A stretch of DNA of 64,000 nucleotides from an uncultured Chloroflexia bacterium. GTDB lineage: Bacteria; Chloroflexota; Anaerolineae; JAAYZQ01. The stretch covers positions 17,431 to 81,430 of the forward strand of contig CAWANP010000018.1 in assembly GCA_963783445.1 (NCBI GenBank), read 5' to 3'. Positions 1-10,554 of this stretch are shown here, one piece after another (the stretch's first letter is position 1; every line of letters starts with the position of its first letter). The notes under the pieces are model-generated. The model worked only from the letters and a program-made list of their open reading frames with translations. It was not told the DNA's origin and did not search any database. Both the position numbers and the translations under genes were made by a program.

Positions 1-64
1 GATTCTTCAATCCTTTGTGCTGCAAGCACTTAGTCGCTGATTCGACATGGGAGGTGACTGAACG

Positions 65-472
65 ATGGAAGATGTCCGGATAAAACTCTCGGCATTGTGG
101 GTCGCTCGCATGTTAACCGGTTTGCAGGGCGACGTGTTGCGCTTCATGGAGCCGGGCATGATGGAGGATCTCGCGGCCGGCGGCGTAGAAGGCATGGCCG
201 TGACCGAGGGGTTGCTGCTGGTCGCCGGAGCCGTCATGCTGATCCCGATCTTTATGGTATTCCTGTCGCTGACGCTGCCCTACAGGGCCTGTCGTTGGGC
301 GAATATCATCGCCGCCATCTTTTTCATTGGCTTTGATGGGGTCGGGCTGCCCACATACACCTCCGCTTACGCGGTCTTGCTGATCGCCGCCGGAATCGTC
401 TTCAATGTGCTCACCGTCTGGTATGCTTGGAGGTGGCGAAAACCAGCGGGTGCGGAGGTTGCAGCACCGTGA
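65..472 (+). CDS. DUF6326-family small membrane protein (copy 1)
   Basis: 135 aa with about 4 hydrophobic helices; N-terminal KLSALWVA..L..L.GDVLRF motif; GGAGG upstream; paralogous to 3306..3671. Confidence 0.75.
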   Translation: MEDVRIKLSALWVARMLTGLQGDVLRFMEPGMMEDLAAGGVEGMAVTEGLLLVAGAVMLIPIFMVFLSLTLPYRACRWANIIAAIFFIGFDGVGLPTYTSAYAVLLIAAGIVFNVLTVWYAWRWRKPAGAEVAAP

Positions 473-1317
473 CCACTCCAGACCGGAAAGAAGCCATTCG
501 CAACATCATCATCTTCACCATCCTGGTCAATGTGCTTGCCTGGCTGGGACCGGTGCTTGGGGGCAGCCCCACGTCGCCCGGCCCCGGCTTCCTGCTGTGG
601 GGCATCGCGCCGCTTGCCTCCGCTCTGGTGATGAAGCTCTTGCTGCGGGACAAGGTATCGCTGGGCCTCAAACCGGCGATCCGGGGAAATGGCCGCTGGT
701 ATGCCCTGAGCATCCTCGCCTACCCCGTCGCCATCGGCATCGTGCTGGCGCTGGGCCTCCTGGTGGGTACAACCACGTCCGGGGATTTTGACGTGTCCGC
801 GTTTCTGGTGGCCATGATCCCTCTGGCGCTGACCTACCTCATCTTTGCCTTTCTTGAGGAGGTGGGCTGGCGGGGCTATCTGGCGCCCAGGGTCTACGGC
901 CTCAATGACGGCCTGCTGGGCCATGCGCTGGTCGGTGTGATATGGGCATCCTGGCACTTTCCCTACCTTCGCGAGCTGTGGGCCCACACATCCGAACCTT
1001 TGGTTGTTCTGCTGCCGCGCTTTGTCCTGGGCGCCATCGTCTTTGCGGTCGTGTATGGCGAGATCAGGATACGTACCGGTTCCGTCTGGCCAGCCGTGTT
1101 GATGCACTGGATAGGCAACACCTTTGCCAACACCCTCCTTGCCGGTAATGCCGGCGCGGGCTTTGTGGCCCTCGTGCCTGGAAAGGAGTGGCTGGGTTCC
1201 TTTGGCGTGGAAGGCGTGTTGATGATCGTCCTCTTTGCTCTGCTTGGCGGCATTCTGTATCTGCAGCGCCGCCGCGGTGAGCCGCATCCCAGCTCGATGG
1301 CAGCGCAGACTGACTGA
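469..1317 (+). CDS. CPBP/CAAX (Abi) family intramembrane glutamic metalloprotease
   Basis: EEVGWRGYL and WASWH motifs plus a later HW motif; polytopic. GTG start at 469 overlaps the upstream TGA (GTGA). Confidence 0.85.
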   Translation: MTTPDRKEAIRNIIIFTILVNVLAWLGPVLGGSPTSPGPGFLLWGIAPLASALVMKLLLRDKVSLGLKPAIRGNGRWYALSILAYPVAIGIVLALGLLVGTTTSGDFDVSAFLVAMIPLALTYLIFAFLEEVGWRGYLAPRVYGLNDGLLGHALVGVIWASWHFPYLRELWAHTSEPLVVLLPRFVLGAIVFAVVYGEIRIRTGSVWPAVLMHWIGNTFANTLLAGNAGAGFVALVPGKEWLGSFGVEGVLMIVLFALLGGILYLQRRRGEPHPSSMAAQTD

Positions 1318-1367
1318 GGGTCGCATCCCTGAATGGAGGGTTCGATGGGAATGAGTTTGGAGGTGAC

Positions 1368-2369
1368 ATGAAAGCGGTTGTATGCACGGCCTACGGACCA
1401 CCGGAGGTCCTTCAGCTCCAGGAGATCGAAAAGCCAACGCCCAAGGACAGCGAAATCCTGATCAGGGTTCAGGCCACGACCGTATCAGCCTCGGACGTGA
1501 GGCAGCGCGCTTTCACGTTCTCTCCCTGGTTCCGGATCCCCGGGCGGCTCCTGTTCGGCATTCGAAAGCCCAGGTCAAAGATACCCGGCGATGAGCTAGC
1601 CGGGGAGATCGAGGCCATGGGCAGTGATGTAACAGGATTCAGTGTCGGTGACCGGGTATTCGGAATGAGCTGGGAGTTTGGTTTTGGTGGTGGGAATGCC
1701 GAGTACATATGCCTGCCTGAAGATGGGATGGTGGCCAAGAAACCAGCCGCTCTGACCTATGAGGAGGTCGCCGCCATCCCCTATGGGGGACTGACCGCCC
1801 TGCATTTCCTGCGAAAAGCAGAGATCCAAAGCGGGCAGAAGGTCCTGATTGTTGGCGCCTCCGGGAGTGTCGGGACCTACGCGGTGCAGCTTGCCAAACA
1901 TTTTGGAGCAGACGTCACCGGGGTATGCAGCACGCCGAACATCGAATTGGTCAAGTCACTGGGTGCCGGTACGGTCATTGACTACACCCAGGAGGATTTC
2001 ACCCAGAACGGCCAGACCTACGATGTCATCTTTGACGCGGTCCTCAAGACCTCGTTCTCAAGGTGCAAAGGCTCGCTGAAGGACAAGGGGGTCTATCTCA
2101 CCGTTGATTGGCCCCTTCTTCAGGCGCTACGGAGCTCAATCGGCGGTAGCAAGAGAGTTGTATTTGGCATGGCGCCCAAGAGGCCCGAAGACTTGACTTT
2201 CATGGCCGAGCTCATGGCGGCGGGCGAGATTAAGGCGGTCATCGACCGGCGCTATCCGCTGGAAGAGATTGTCGAGGCCCACCGGTACGTTGAAACCGGG
2301 CGCAAAACGGGAAATGTGGTCATCAATGTAGAGCATGGCAACCAGAGCGAACAGCAAGACTCGCCCTGA
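1368..2369 (+). CDS. NAD(P)-dependent alcohol dehydrogenase / quinone oxidoreductase (MDR family)
   Basis: YGPPEVL, GASGSVG Rossmann motif, [15 protein letters not shown]; GGAGGTG RBS. Confidence 0.9.
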   Translation: MKAVVCTAYGPPEVLQLQEIEKPTPKDSEILIRVQATTVSASDVRQRAFTFSPWFRIPGRLLFGIRKPRSKIPGDELAGEIEAMGSDVTGFSVGDRVFGMSWEFGFGGGNAEYICLPEDGMVAKKPAALTYEEVAAIPYGGLTALHFLRKAEIQSGQKVLIVGASGSVGTYAVQLAKHFGADVTGVCSTPNIELVKSLGAGTVIDYTQEDFTQNGQTYDVIFDAVLKTSFSRCKGSLKDKGVYLTVDWPLLQALRSSIGGSKRVVFGMAPKRPEDLTFMAELMAAGEIKAVIDRRYPLEEIVEAHRYVETGRKTGNVVINVEHGNQSEQQDSP

Positions 2370-2403
2370 TCTCTTCGGGCGACAGGCGAACAGGAGGAAC
2401 GTC

Positions 2404-2850
2404 GTGACCAAAGAGAAATTCTTGACCGTACGTTGGAACAACATTCTTACACTGGCGCTGGGAATTCCCACGCTGATCTATGTCGTCTTTGCCTTTTCTA
2501 CCGGGCTCTGGACGGAGTTGGCTGGGCTGATCGGGCTCGCGATTCTCGGTGTGCTCTACTGAGTCATCATCGAACTCCACACCGCCATGCGGTTCGCATG
2601 GCTTCGCGAAAACTCGGCTGACCCCGTTGCCGTCAAGCAGAGCCGTACCCATCCCCTCTCGCTCATCCGGATGGCCTACAATATCGTATTCTGGGTTTTT
2701 CTGATCCCCTTCTTCACCGCGGTCGACTATGGCGTCGGCTTTGTCCTGTTCACAGCGGTCATCTTCATCAGGCTCGGCCTCAACCTGTATACGAACCAAG
2801 TTCTCAAGGAACCGGAGGAATACGAGCGTTTTCCTTTCCGGATTCCATGA
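2404..2850 (+). CDS. Small polytopic membrane protein with one in-frame TGA (codon 53); candidate selenoprotein, 148 aa
   Basis: AGGAGG at 2392-2397 and GTG at 2404. ORFs 2335..2562 and 2587..2850 share one frame, separated only by TGA 2560-2562 and 8 sense codons. A perfect 8-bp hairpin lies at 2584-2602. Confidence 0.6.
2584..2602 (+). promoter_or_regulatory. Putative bacterial SECIS hairpin
   Basis: GCCATGCG-GTT-CGCATGGC; apical loop starts with G, 29 nt downstream of the in-frame TGA. Confidence 0.55.
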
Positions 2851-3024
2851 CGCCTGGAGCAGCACGAGGGCAGGTTGCCTGGCACTAGATGGGTTCTGAT
2901 CGCGACGTCATGAGTCGCGCTGGGTCTTTGCGCCCTGCGGGACCCGCGAAGCAACACCATATCCAGGTCTACCGCAGCTTTCAGTTCGCGCTGTAGACTA
3001 CAACACACACAAGGAGTGATAGAA

Positions 3025-3201
3025 ATGGATAACGCACAGAGAATCATCAGCCTTGTTCTAAAAGCAGTCGCGCTGGCCATGGGGGTGGTCAGCATCGTGC
3101 TGGGCATCCTGCCGGAAGCTGCCGACGTCGGAACCCAAGTGACGCTGCTTTCCATTGGGCTCTTTGCCCTGGCCCTGGCCGCGCTCCAGAAAGAAGAATA
3201 G
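3025..3201 (+). CDS. Small 2-TM membrane protein (58 aa)
   Basis: AAGGAG at 3011-3016 and ATG at 3025; two hydrophobic helices and a charged tail QKEE. Confidence 0.7.
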   Translation: MDNAQRIISLVLKAVALAMGVVSIVLGILPEAADVGTQVTLLSIGLFALALAALQKEE

Positions 3202-3305
3202 CCTGTGGGCTGCACTCACTTCGTCGGGCCATCTGGCCTTCGACCTGCCGGAAAGGTGGGCTTGAACGAATAACGAAACGGTCAGTCAACGGAGGGGAGA
3301 CTGTC

Positions 3306-3671
3306 ATGCTAAACACGCGGATAATAGTCGCCGGCTTATGGGTCGCTGTGATGTTGACCTATCTCTTGGGGGATGTGCTGCGCATCTTTAGCGGCGACGC
3401 CAAGCCAGGAGAGCTCCAGGGGGTAGCGGCCACACAGGCAATGTGGCTCGGCATCGCGGCCATCATGTTGGTTCCCATACTCATGCTCGTACTGACCCTG
3501 ATACTGCCGTATCCTACCATTCGCTGGGTGAACATCATAGGTGCCGTTCTGGTCATCGTTTTCAATATAGCCGGCCTGCCCTACGTGGGCGCCTACGACA
3601 ATTTCCTCATCGCCGTCACCTTTGTCTTCAACGGCCTGACCATCTGGTATGCCTGGAAGTGGGTGGCCTAG
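3306..3671 (+). CDS. DUF6326-family small membrane protein (copy 2)
   Basis: GLWVAVMLTYLLGDVLRIF and C-terminal WYAWKW parallel to 65..472 (WYAWRW). Confidence 0.75.
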   Translation: MLNTRIIVAGLWVAVMLTYLLGDVLRIFSGDAKPGELQGVAATQAMWLGIAAIMLVPILMLVLTLILPYPTIRWVNIIGAVLVIVFNIAGLPYVGAYDNFLIAVTFVFNGLTIWYAWKWVA

Positions 3672-3873
3672 CGCTGTGGGCACTTTGGCCGCTCGCATCG
3701 GGTCCGTGCCCCGATGCTTCAGGCTGAAAACAGCGTCCGCTCGCAACTGGTCACGGCCGATTCGACTGAGGCCCCTCCCGAGTTCCTCGAGGGACTCACC
3801 GCAGTCCTGGCTTGAGCAAGAAGAAGCCAATGTCCGTTTCGTGAAAGGTCGCTAGAAGGCTGCTGACAAACGC

Positions 3874-3970
3874 AACCTCCCGCAGGTTCTGCCTCTCCAG
3901 GCGCCTGGTCACGGACAAACCCAGTCCAATACTGCCGGAGCCTTCGCTGCAGACAAACCTGCGGGAGGTT
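3874..3970. repeat. MITE/REP-like element with perfect 15-bp terminal inverted repeats
   Basis: AACCTCCCGCAGGTT (3874-3888) and AACCTGCGGGAGGTT (3956-3970) are exact reverse complements; 67-nt non-coding spacer. Confidence 0.6.
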
Positions 3971-4157
3971 AAGCTCCAAAGTCCTGGCTGCTCCCCTCAA
4001 ACTCGCTCCCAGCCCCCGCCTTGGGGGCGTTTGGCGCCACGCGGCAGGTGGCCTTTTCCTGATTTCGGGCAGGTTTTCTCTCCTCCCTTCGCGCTCTTTG
4101 GGTCTTTGCGGTGAGAAGTTGGCAATCACCAACCCCTTTGACAGCCCCTCGGCGACA

Positions 4158-4166
4158 TGATATACT
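4158..4166 (+). promoter_or_regulatory. Extended -10 promoter of the LuxR regulator
   Basis: TG-A-TATACT about 40 nt upstream of GTG 4208. Confidence 0.45.
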
Positions 4167-4207
4167 GGCGTCCTGTGAGCCGCCAAAATGCGACGTGGGG
4201 GACGCCC

Positions 4208-7018
4208 GTGGAACAGGTTCCACTCCTGCAGACGAAACTGTACATTCCACCCGTCCGGTCCGAACTGGTCGAGCGCCCGCGCCTGATCGAGCGACTCGAC
4301 GAGGGATTGCGCCTGGGACGCCGTCTGACCCTTATCTCCGCCCCGGCCGGCTTTGGCAAGACTACGCTGGTCAGTGAGTGGGTACATGGTAGGGGCGTGG
4401 TCACTGCACCCCTGCAGGCATCCGAATCCGCGCTCCCGCAAATCGCCTGGCTCTCGCTGGACGAGAGCGACAGCGATCCAAACCGTTTCCTCGCCTACTT
4501 TGTCGCTGCCTTGCAGACCATTGAAGCCAACATCGGGAAGGGAACACTGGGCGCACTTCAATCTCTCCAGCCACCACCGGCCGAGGAAGTCCTGATCCCT
4601 CTGATTAACGAGATTGCCGCCATCCCGGGCAGGATCATCCTCGTCCTCGACGACTACCACCAGATCGACGCCCAGCCCATCCATGATGCCCTCGATTTTC
4701 TCCTGGAGCATTTGCCGCCACAGATGTACCTGGTCATTGCCACCCGTGAGGACCCGCAGTTGTCCCTGGCCCGCCTGCGTGCCCGGGGCCGATTGACCGA
4801 GCTGCGCGCGACAGATTTGCGTTTTTCCTCCTCGGAAGCCGCCGAGTTTCTAAACCAGGTGATGGGACTAGATCTTTCACCAGATGATGTCACCGCGCTG
4901 GAAAATCGTACCGAAGGTTGGATTGCGGGACTGCAGTTGGCCTCGCCCTTGCTCTGCAAGGGACGATTTCAACGCAAGGGCGCAAAGACACCTCTGGCCT
5001 TATCCGATCTTTCACCGGTAGTCACCGTTTTGTGCTGGACTATCTGGTTGAAGAGGTCTTACAACAACAACCCCAAAGCGTCCAGACTTTCTTGCTACAG
5101 ACTGCCATCCTCGACCGGCTGGCCGGGCCTTTGTGCGATGCCCTCACTCGCCAGGACAATGGCCGGGAGACCCTCGAGATGCTAGACCGGGCCAATCTGT
5201 TCATTATTCCTCTGGATGAAGAACGGCGTTGGTACCGCTATCATCGTCTCTTTGCCGATCTGTTGCGCCTGCGCCTGCGCCAAACGCAGCCCGAATGGGA
5301 GCCAACGCTGTACGTCCGGGCAAGCCAATGGTATGAGCTGAATGGGTTCTTCGATGAGGCAGTCGAGCACGCCATGCGTGCCGAGAATTTCGAGCGTGCA
5401 GCGTATTTGATCGAGGAACGTGCAGATGCGATGTGGGAGTCTGGTGAGCACGCCAAACTGCAGCGGTGGCTGGCAGACTTGCCGGTTGATTTGATCTTTT
5501 CCAGACTACAACTCTGTATCCTTCACTCCTGGTATCTGTTCAGCAGCGGTCAGCAGGATGCGGCCGAGCGGTATCTGCAAGCCGCCGAACAGGCGCTTGA
5601 CTCAAGCACCGATCGCGACACTGAAACCGTGCCGCCGGAGCAAGACCTGTCGTCCGATGCTGACAAGAGGCATTTGCGAGGTAGCGTAGCTGTCATCCGG
5701 TCCTTTATGGCTAGTTACCTAGGAGACGTGCCGGCGATCATTCAGTACGCAGGCCAGGCGCTTGAATATCTTCCCGAGCAGGACTTGATCTGGCGTAGCA
5801 ACGCCGCCATCGCCTTGGGCGATGCGTATGGTTTCAAAGGCGACATGGCGGCAGCGTACAAGGCCCGGCTGGAAGCGGCGGAGGCCAGCGGAGCGGCAGG
5901 CAATACCCTCTTTTCTATTCTGGCCTATCTAAAAGTGGCCATAACCCTGAGGGAGCAGGGCCAACTGCAGCGGACTGTGGAACTCTGCCAGCAACAACTG
6001 CAGCTTGCTGGTAGGTGTGGACTGTCGCAGGGATCAGTGGCCGGCGCTCTGTTGGCGATATGGGGCGAGGTACTGGCTGAATTGGGTGAACTGGAGCGGG
6101 CAATAGATCTGGCGAGAAAGGGAGTGGAACTGACCGAGCGTGGTGGGGCGGCGGCGATGCTCGGCTGGAGCTACCTGTGCTTGATCAGAGTCTTGTTCTC
6201 CGCGGGGGATAGGGCCGGCGCCAAAGAGATTGTCCAAAGGGCGGAGAACACCGCTAGAGAGTCCAGTCTGCCTCCCTGGACGACGAACCAGGTGCTGGCC
6301 TGGCGGACGCGGCTGTGGTTGGCAGAAGATGAGATGGAGGCAGCCTGCCAATGGGTACGCCAGCGTAGGCTGGACACCGCTGAAGGACCGACAGCGCCGC
6401 ACGAATTTGATTTCTTTTCGCTAGATGATCACTTGCTGGTAGCGCGGTGCCTGATCGCTCAAGAGCGGTTGGATGAAGCAAACATTCTGCTGCCAGGATT
6501 GCTCGAAGCAGCAGAGGCGGGGGGACGCACTTCGAGGGCCATAGAAATTCTGGTCCTCCAGGCGTTGGCCTTTCAGGCCGGAGCCGATACACCCAGGGCC
6601 ATGGCCGTGCTAGAGCGAGCCCTCGCCCTCGCTGAGCCCGAGGGCTTTTTCTGTATCTTTGTGGATGAAGGCCCGTCGATGGCTCGCCTTCTCTGCGAAG
6701 CCGCTAGCCGCGAGATCGCGCCAGACTACGTTCACCGGTTGTTGGCCGCGTTCCCTGTTGCTGAAATGGGGTCCACAGGGCCATCGAAATCTCAAGCTCC
6801 AAGAATCTGATTTGATAGAACCTCTGAGCGAGCGCGAACTTGAAGTGCTCCAATTCATCGCCGAAGGGCTAACCAATCAAGAAATCGCCTCTAGGCTTTT
6901 CCTTGCGTTGAACACGGTCAAGGCTCACAACCGTAATATCTACGGCAAACTTGGTGTCAACAGCCGGACGCAGGCGGTTGCCAGGGCGAGATCTTTAGAG
7001 GTCCTGCCCTCTGCCTGA
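4208..7018 (+). CDS. MalT-like (STAND/LAL) ATP-dependent LuxR transcriptional regulator, two apparent frameshifts (~4940, ~6790)
   Basis: LLQTKLYIPP, Walker A APAGFGKTT, LVLDDYH, TEGWIAGLQLA/ALALQG, WYRYHRLFADLL, helical repeat middle, and C-terminal LIEPLSERELEVL...TVKAHNRNIYGKLGV HTH; spread over three ORFs. Confidence 0.9.
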
Positions 7019-7250
7019 TGGTGTGGACACCTGACGGTAGAATTGATTTGATATCAACGCGGTAGTGCCTGGCGGAAAGCAAATCGCGCCGGGCGTTTTT
7101 GTTGCCTTCAGGTACGTGCCACCCTGTTCCAGCCCTGCAGTTAACCCCCTGAATAGCACTTTCGGGCGATGACACTAATACCGCCTCGCGGTTATACTGA
7201 AGCTGTGAGATTCTATCAAATTCGGAGATCCCAAGCGAGGAGAAAAAACG

Positions 7251-8389
7251 GTGACCAACGAAGCAATTGACACAACGAAGGCGAATCGAATTCATTGGAT
7301 GGACAACCTGAGAACATTCATCATCTTCCTGGTGGTCCTCTATCATGCCGGTGGGGTTTATGAAGCTTCCGGCATATGGGCCTCGTTCTGGCTTGTGGAT
7401 GATCCGGCCACCAATGATCTGGCCGGCATCATCAATGTGATCATCAATATCTTTATGATGCCGGTGCTGTTCTTCATCTCCGGGTATCTGACTCCTGTGT
7501 CCCTGGATCACAGGGATGGCTGGACCTTCCTGAAAGCGAGATTCAGAAGGCTGATCATTCCCTGGATCATCGCCGTTCTGATCCTGATCCCACTTTACAA
7601 CTTTATATTCCTGTATTCCCGAGGCTTGCCCCAACAGAACTGGACGACCTACTTTCACTTCGGCCCGGGGAATATCAGCAGCCAAAACTGGCTGTGGTTT
7701 CTCCCGTATTGTTCCTGTTCAACGTCGTCTATCTTCTCCTTGCCAAAGCAGGTATCAGGCTGTCAAGCATCTCGCGTACGCTCGCTGTTTTGGGCGCCCT
7801 GGCCATTGGATTTGTCTACAGCATCAGCGTGGGCTATCTCCTGGGTCCCGGGAGCTGGACAGAGACCCCGTTCATCGATTTCGAGAATGAACGGCTGCTC
7901 GCCTACTTTTTGATCTTCCTGCTGGGGGCGCTGTACTTCCGGCAGAACGCGTTTGCCTCAAAACCCGAGGGCAAAGTGCTGTACATCACTGCCGCCTCAA
8001 CCGCCTGGATCCCGGTCACCATCTACCTCTTTGCGCTGCTGATCCCCTTGTTCGCACCGGCCGGTTACGTGATTTCTCCGGTTGTAGACAGGCTGATCTA
8101 CTGGTTGAGTTTTTACGTTTCGTTACTCTGCATGATGTACCTGGTGATAGAGACCTTCTGGCGGTATCTGGACAGGACTGGGAGGATCTGGAAAGAGCTG
8201 AACCGGAACTCTTTCTACGTCTATATCATCCACGTGATCGTGATAGGGGTTATCGCCCTGCTCCTGCTCAATACAGCCCTGCCCTCGACGCTCAAGTATC
8301 TGATGCTGGCGGTAACAGCCTATGTCGCCAGCAACCTGATCGTTTCGCTCGTTCGGCGAGCAGTGGCTGGTATCAAGGCCAGGAGCTAG
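7251..8389 (+). CDS. Acyltransferase-3 (OpgC/MdoC-like) membrane acyltransferase, frameshift ~7705
   Basis: RIHWMDNLR..VVLYH, FMMPVLFFISG, ARFRRLIIPW, WLWFLP|VLFLF and SFYVYIIH across ORFs 7251..7913 and 7694..8389. Confidence 0.85.
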
Positions 8390-8578
8390 TCAAGTCCGCG
8401 ACTGTGACGTGCTTGGAACACCACTCGTCAGCCACACCCGTGGCGAGCAAATAACCTATCGTCGGACGACGGCAAGCAAGAGTCACGGCTCTTGCTCCTC
8501 GCCTGGCAGGGTTTGCAGCGAACAAAGATCGAATGAGGACAAGAATGGCCACGAACGGATCGCAAGAGGAGACATCCA

Positions 8579-9164
8579 ATGCAAGCGAAGCAGGTTTTCT
8601 CCACCGATAGCGGTCAAGAGGACAGCAAGATTGGGCAGTTCAAGTACTGTCCCTTCTGTGGAACGGAACTGGCGCTGAAAGAGAAAGGTGGCAGGCAAAG
8701 ACCGGCATGCCCCAATTGCGGGTTCGTACAGTTCAGAAACCCGACTCCTGGCGTTGTGGTTGTGATAGCCCGGGAGGGAACCGCGCTCTTGGGAAAGCGC
8801 AGGGGTGGTTTCGGCGCAGGCAAGTGGGGGCTGCCCCAGGGCTACATCGAGTTCGACGAGGATTTTCTCACCGCCGCGGTTCGAGAGGTGAAGGAGGAAA
8901 CAGGTCTTGACGTTGAGATCCGATCGATTCTCAACGTGGTATCCAATCTGCTTTCACCCACGCTGCACACACTGGCCATCGTCTTGCTGGCACGCGTGAT
9001 AGGCGGAGAACTGGTACGCCGGCGATGATCTGGAGACCCTGGAATGGGTTCCTTTTATGGGGCCGCTACCGGAAATGGCCTTTGAGGCGGATGAACAAAT
9101 CATCGAAAGATACCAGAAAGCGGGCCTCGAGGGGCTGCCTGTGGACCGGGGTTTAGCGCGCTAG
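8579..9164 (+). CDS. NUDIX hydrolase with N-terminal zinc ribbon, frameshift ~9015
   Basis: YCPFCG...CPNCG and Nudix box GYIEFDEDFLTAAVREVKEETGL; a second frame continues AGDDLETLEW...MAFEAD to TAG 9162-9164. Confidence 0.85.
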
Positions 9165-9238
9165 CGCGCTGTCCCTTGCCGGTCTATCTTTACCTTTTGC
9201 TCGCAACCGATCTGCATAGAAGGTGTAGGAGGTGAACC

Positions 9239-9523
9239 ATGTCAAACATCAGGCACAAGCTCACGTTGGATCGGCCAGCAACCTACCAGATCAAAGTGCC
9301 GGGAGAGCTGGATGAGAGTTGGTCAGACTGGGTCGGAAGCATGGCCATCACAGTCGACAGCGAGGGTGAGGTTCCACCCATCACGACCCTGACCGGCATC
9401 GTCATCGACCAGGCTGCCCTGCAGGGCCTGCTGCGCCGGCTCTATTCCCTGGGACTGCCGCTGGTTTCAGTCATCTGTCTGGAGTGTGGCTCAGAGAATG
9501 GCCGTAGCTCTTGCCGGCACTAG
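9239..9523 (+). CDS. Small conserved protein of the type found beside MalT-like LuxR regulators
   Basis: YQIKVPGELDESWSDW...TTLTGIVIDQAALQGLLRRLYSLGLPLVSV; AGGAGGTG RBS. Confidence 0.7.
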   Translation: MSNIRHKLTLDRPATYQIKVPGELDESWSDWVGSMAITVDSEGEVPPITTLTGIVIDQAALQGLLRRLYSLGLPLVSVICLECGSENGRSSCRH

Positions 9524-9697
9524 AAACCGTTGTGATTCACTTCGGAAAATCACAGGATCAGGGGATGCGGGAGCAGCGTGACGCCAATGGAACGCCGTAT
9601 CAACAAGGTCTCTTCTCCGTCGTGATCATTTCGGCCCGGATGGGGGCACATTCAAGGCAGGGTGGCTGTGGAACTCAAGCTAAGGAAGGGTGACCCA

Positions 9698-10446
9698 TTG
9701 GATCCTCAGAAGAGAAGAGACGCGGGGATTACTCGCCGAGATTTCATCAAGGTTACTGGAGCCATCGTTATCGTGTCGGGGGTTGCTGGATGCAATCCTT
9801 TCGCGACAAGTGAGGGTCCGGTACCATCTGACACGTCTGGAGCCGGACCGATTCCGGTCACGGCAGACGAGATTCCGCCCGCAGACGGGTATCTCCTGGT
9901 GGATATAGAAAAGTGCCAGGGATGTCTAAGCTGTATGCTCGCCTGTTCTTTGATTCATGAAGGCGTGGAGGGCCTAGCGCTCTCCAGAATCCAGATCATG
10001 CAGGATCCTTTGCGCCCTTCCCAGATGACCTGACTGTCGAGCAATGCCGCCAATGCGTGGATCCCGCCTGTGTGAAGGTATGCCCAACCGGTGCGTTGAA
10101 AGCGGATGCCAGCTATGGCAATGTGAGAATGGTGGACAAAGAAAAGTGCATTGGTTGCGGCGCTTGCTATAGTGCTTGCCCTTATGCACCCAGCAGGGCG
10201 TTTCTTGCAGCCGACAAAGCGTATGACGACGAGTCCAAGAGCCGGAAATGCGATCTGTGCGCCAATGCACCGTATCATTGGGATGAAGCCGGCGGAGGAC
10301 CTGACGGGAAACAGGCCTGTGTCGCAGTGTGTCCCGTTGGCGCCATCCAGTTCACGGAAAAGATCCCCAAACAAAAGGGAGACGATGGGTACAAAGTGGA
10401 CTTAAGGGACCGAAATTGGGGGAAGCTCGGTTACCCCACCAGCTAG
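9698..10446 (+). CDS. 4Fe-4S dicluster electron-transfer subunit with Tat (lipoprotein-like) signal, frameshift ~10011
   Basis: TRRDFIK followed by a hydrophobic stretch and VAGC; CQGCLSCMLAC, CRQCVDPACVKVCP, CIGCGACYSACP, KCDLC and CVAVCP. Start codon uncertain (9662 or 9698). Confidence 0.85.
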
Positions 10447-10554
10447 GCAGATCGATCAGGGCAAGTGTACTTGTCATTGAGTGACTGCAGGGAACAAAGC
10501 ATGCCCCGAAGAATAAGGGGAATCTCGGTATCTCAGCCATGAGAGGCATACCAG

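Noticed and set aside
3719-4711. 330-aa minus-strand ORF
   Set aside because: Antisense shadow of the LuxR regulator running through repeat DNA; no recognisable motif. The same applies to other long antisense ORFs such as 367..1437, 19087..20223, 20828..21991 and 44428..45516
9155-9170. Perfect 16-bp palindrome AGCGCGCTAGCGCGCT at the NUDIX stop
   Set aside because: Low-complexity GC palindrome with no U-tail and no second copy seen
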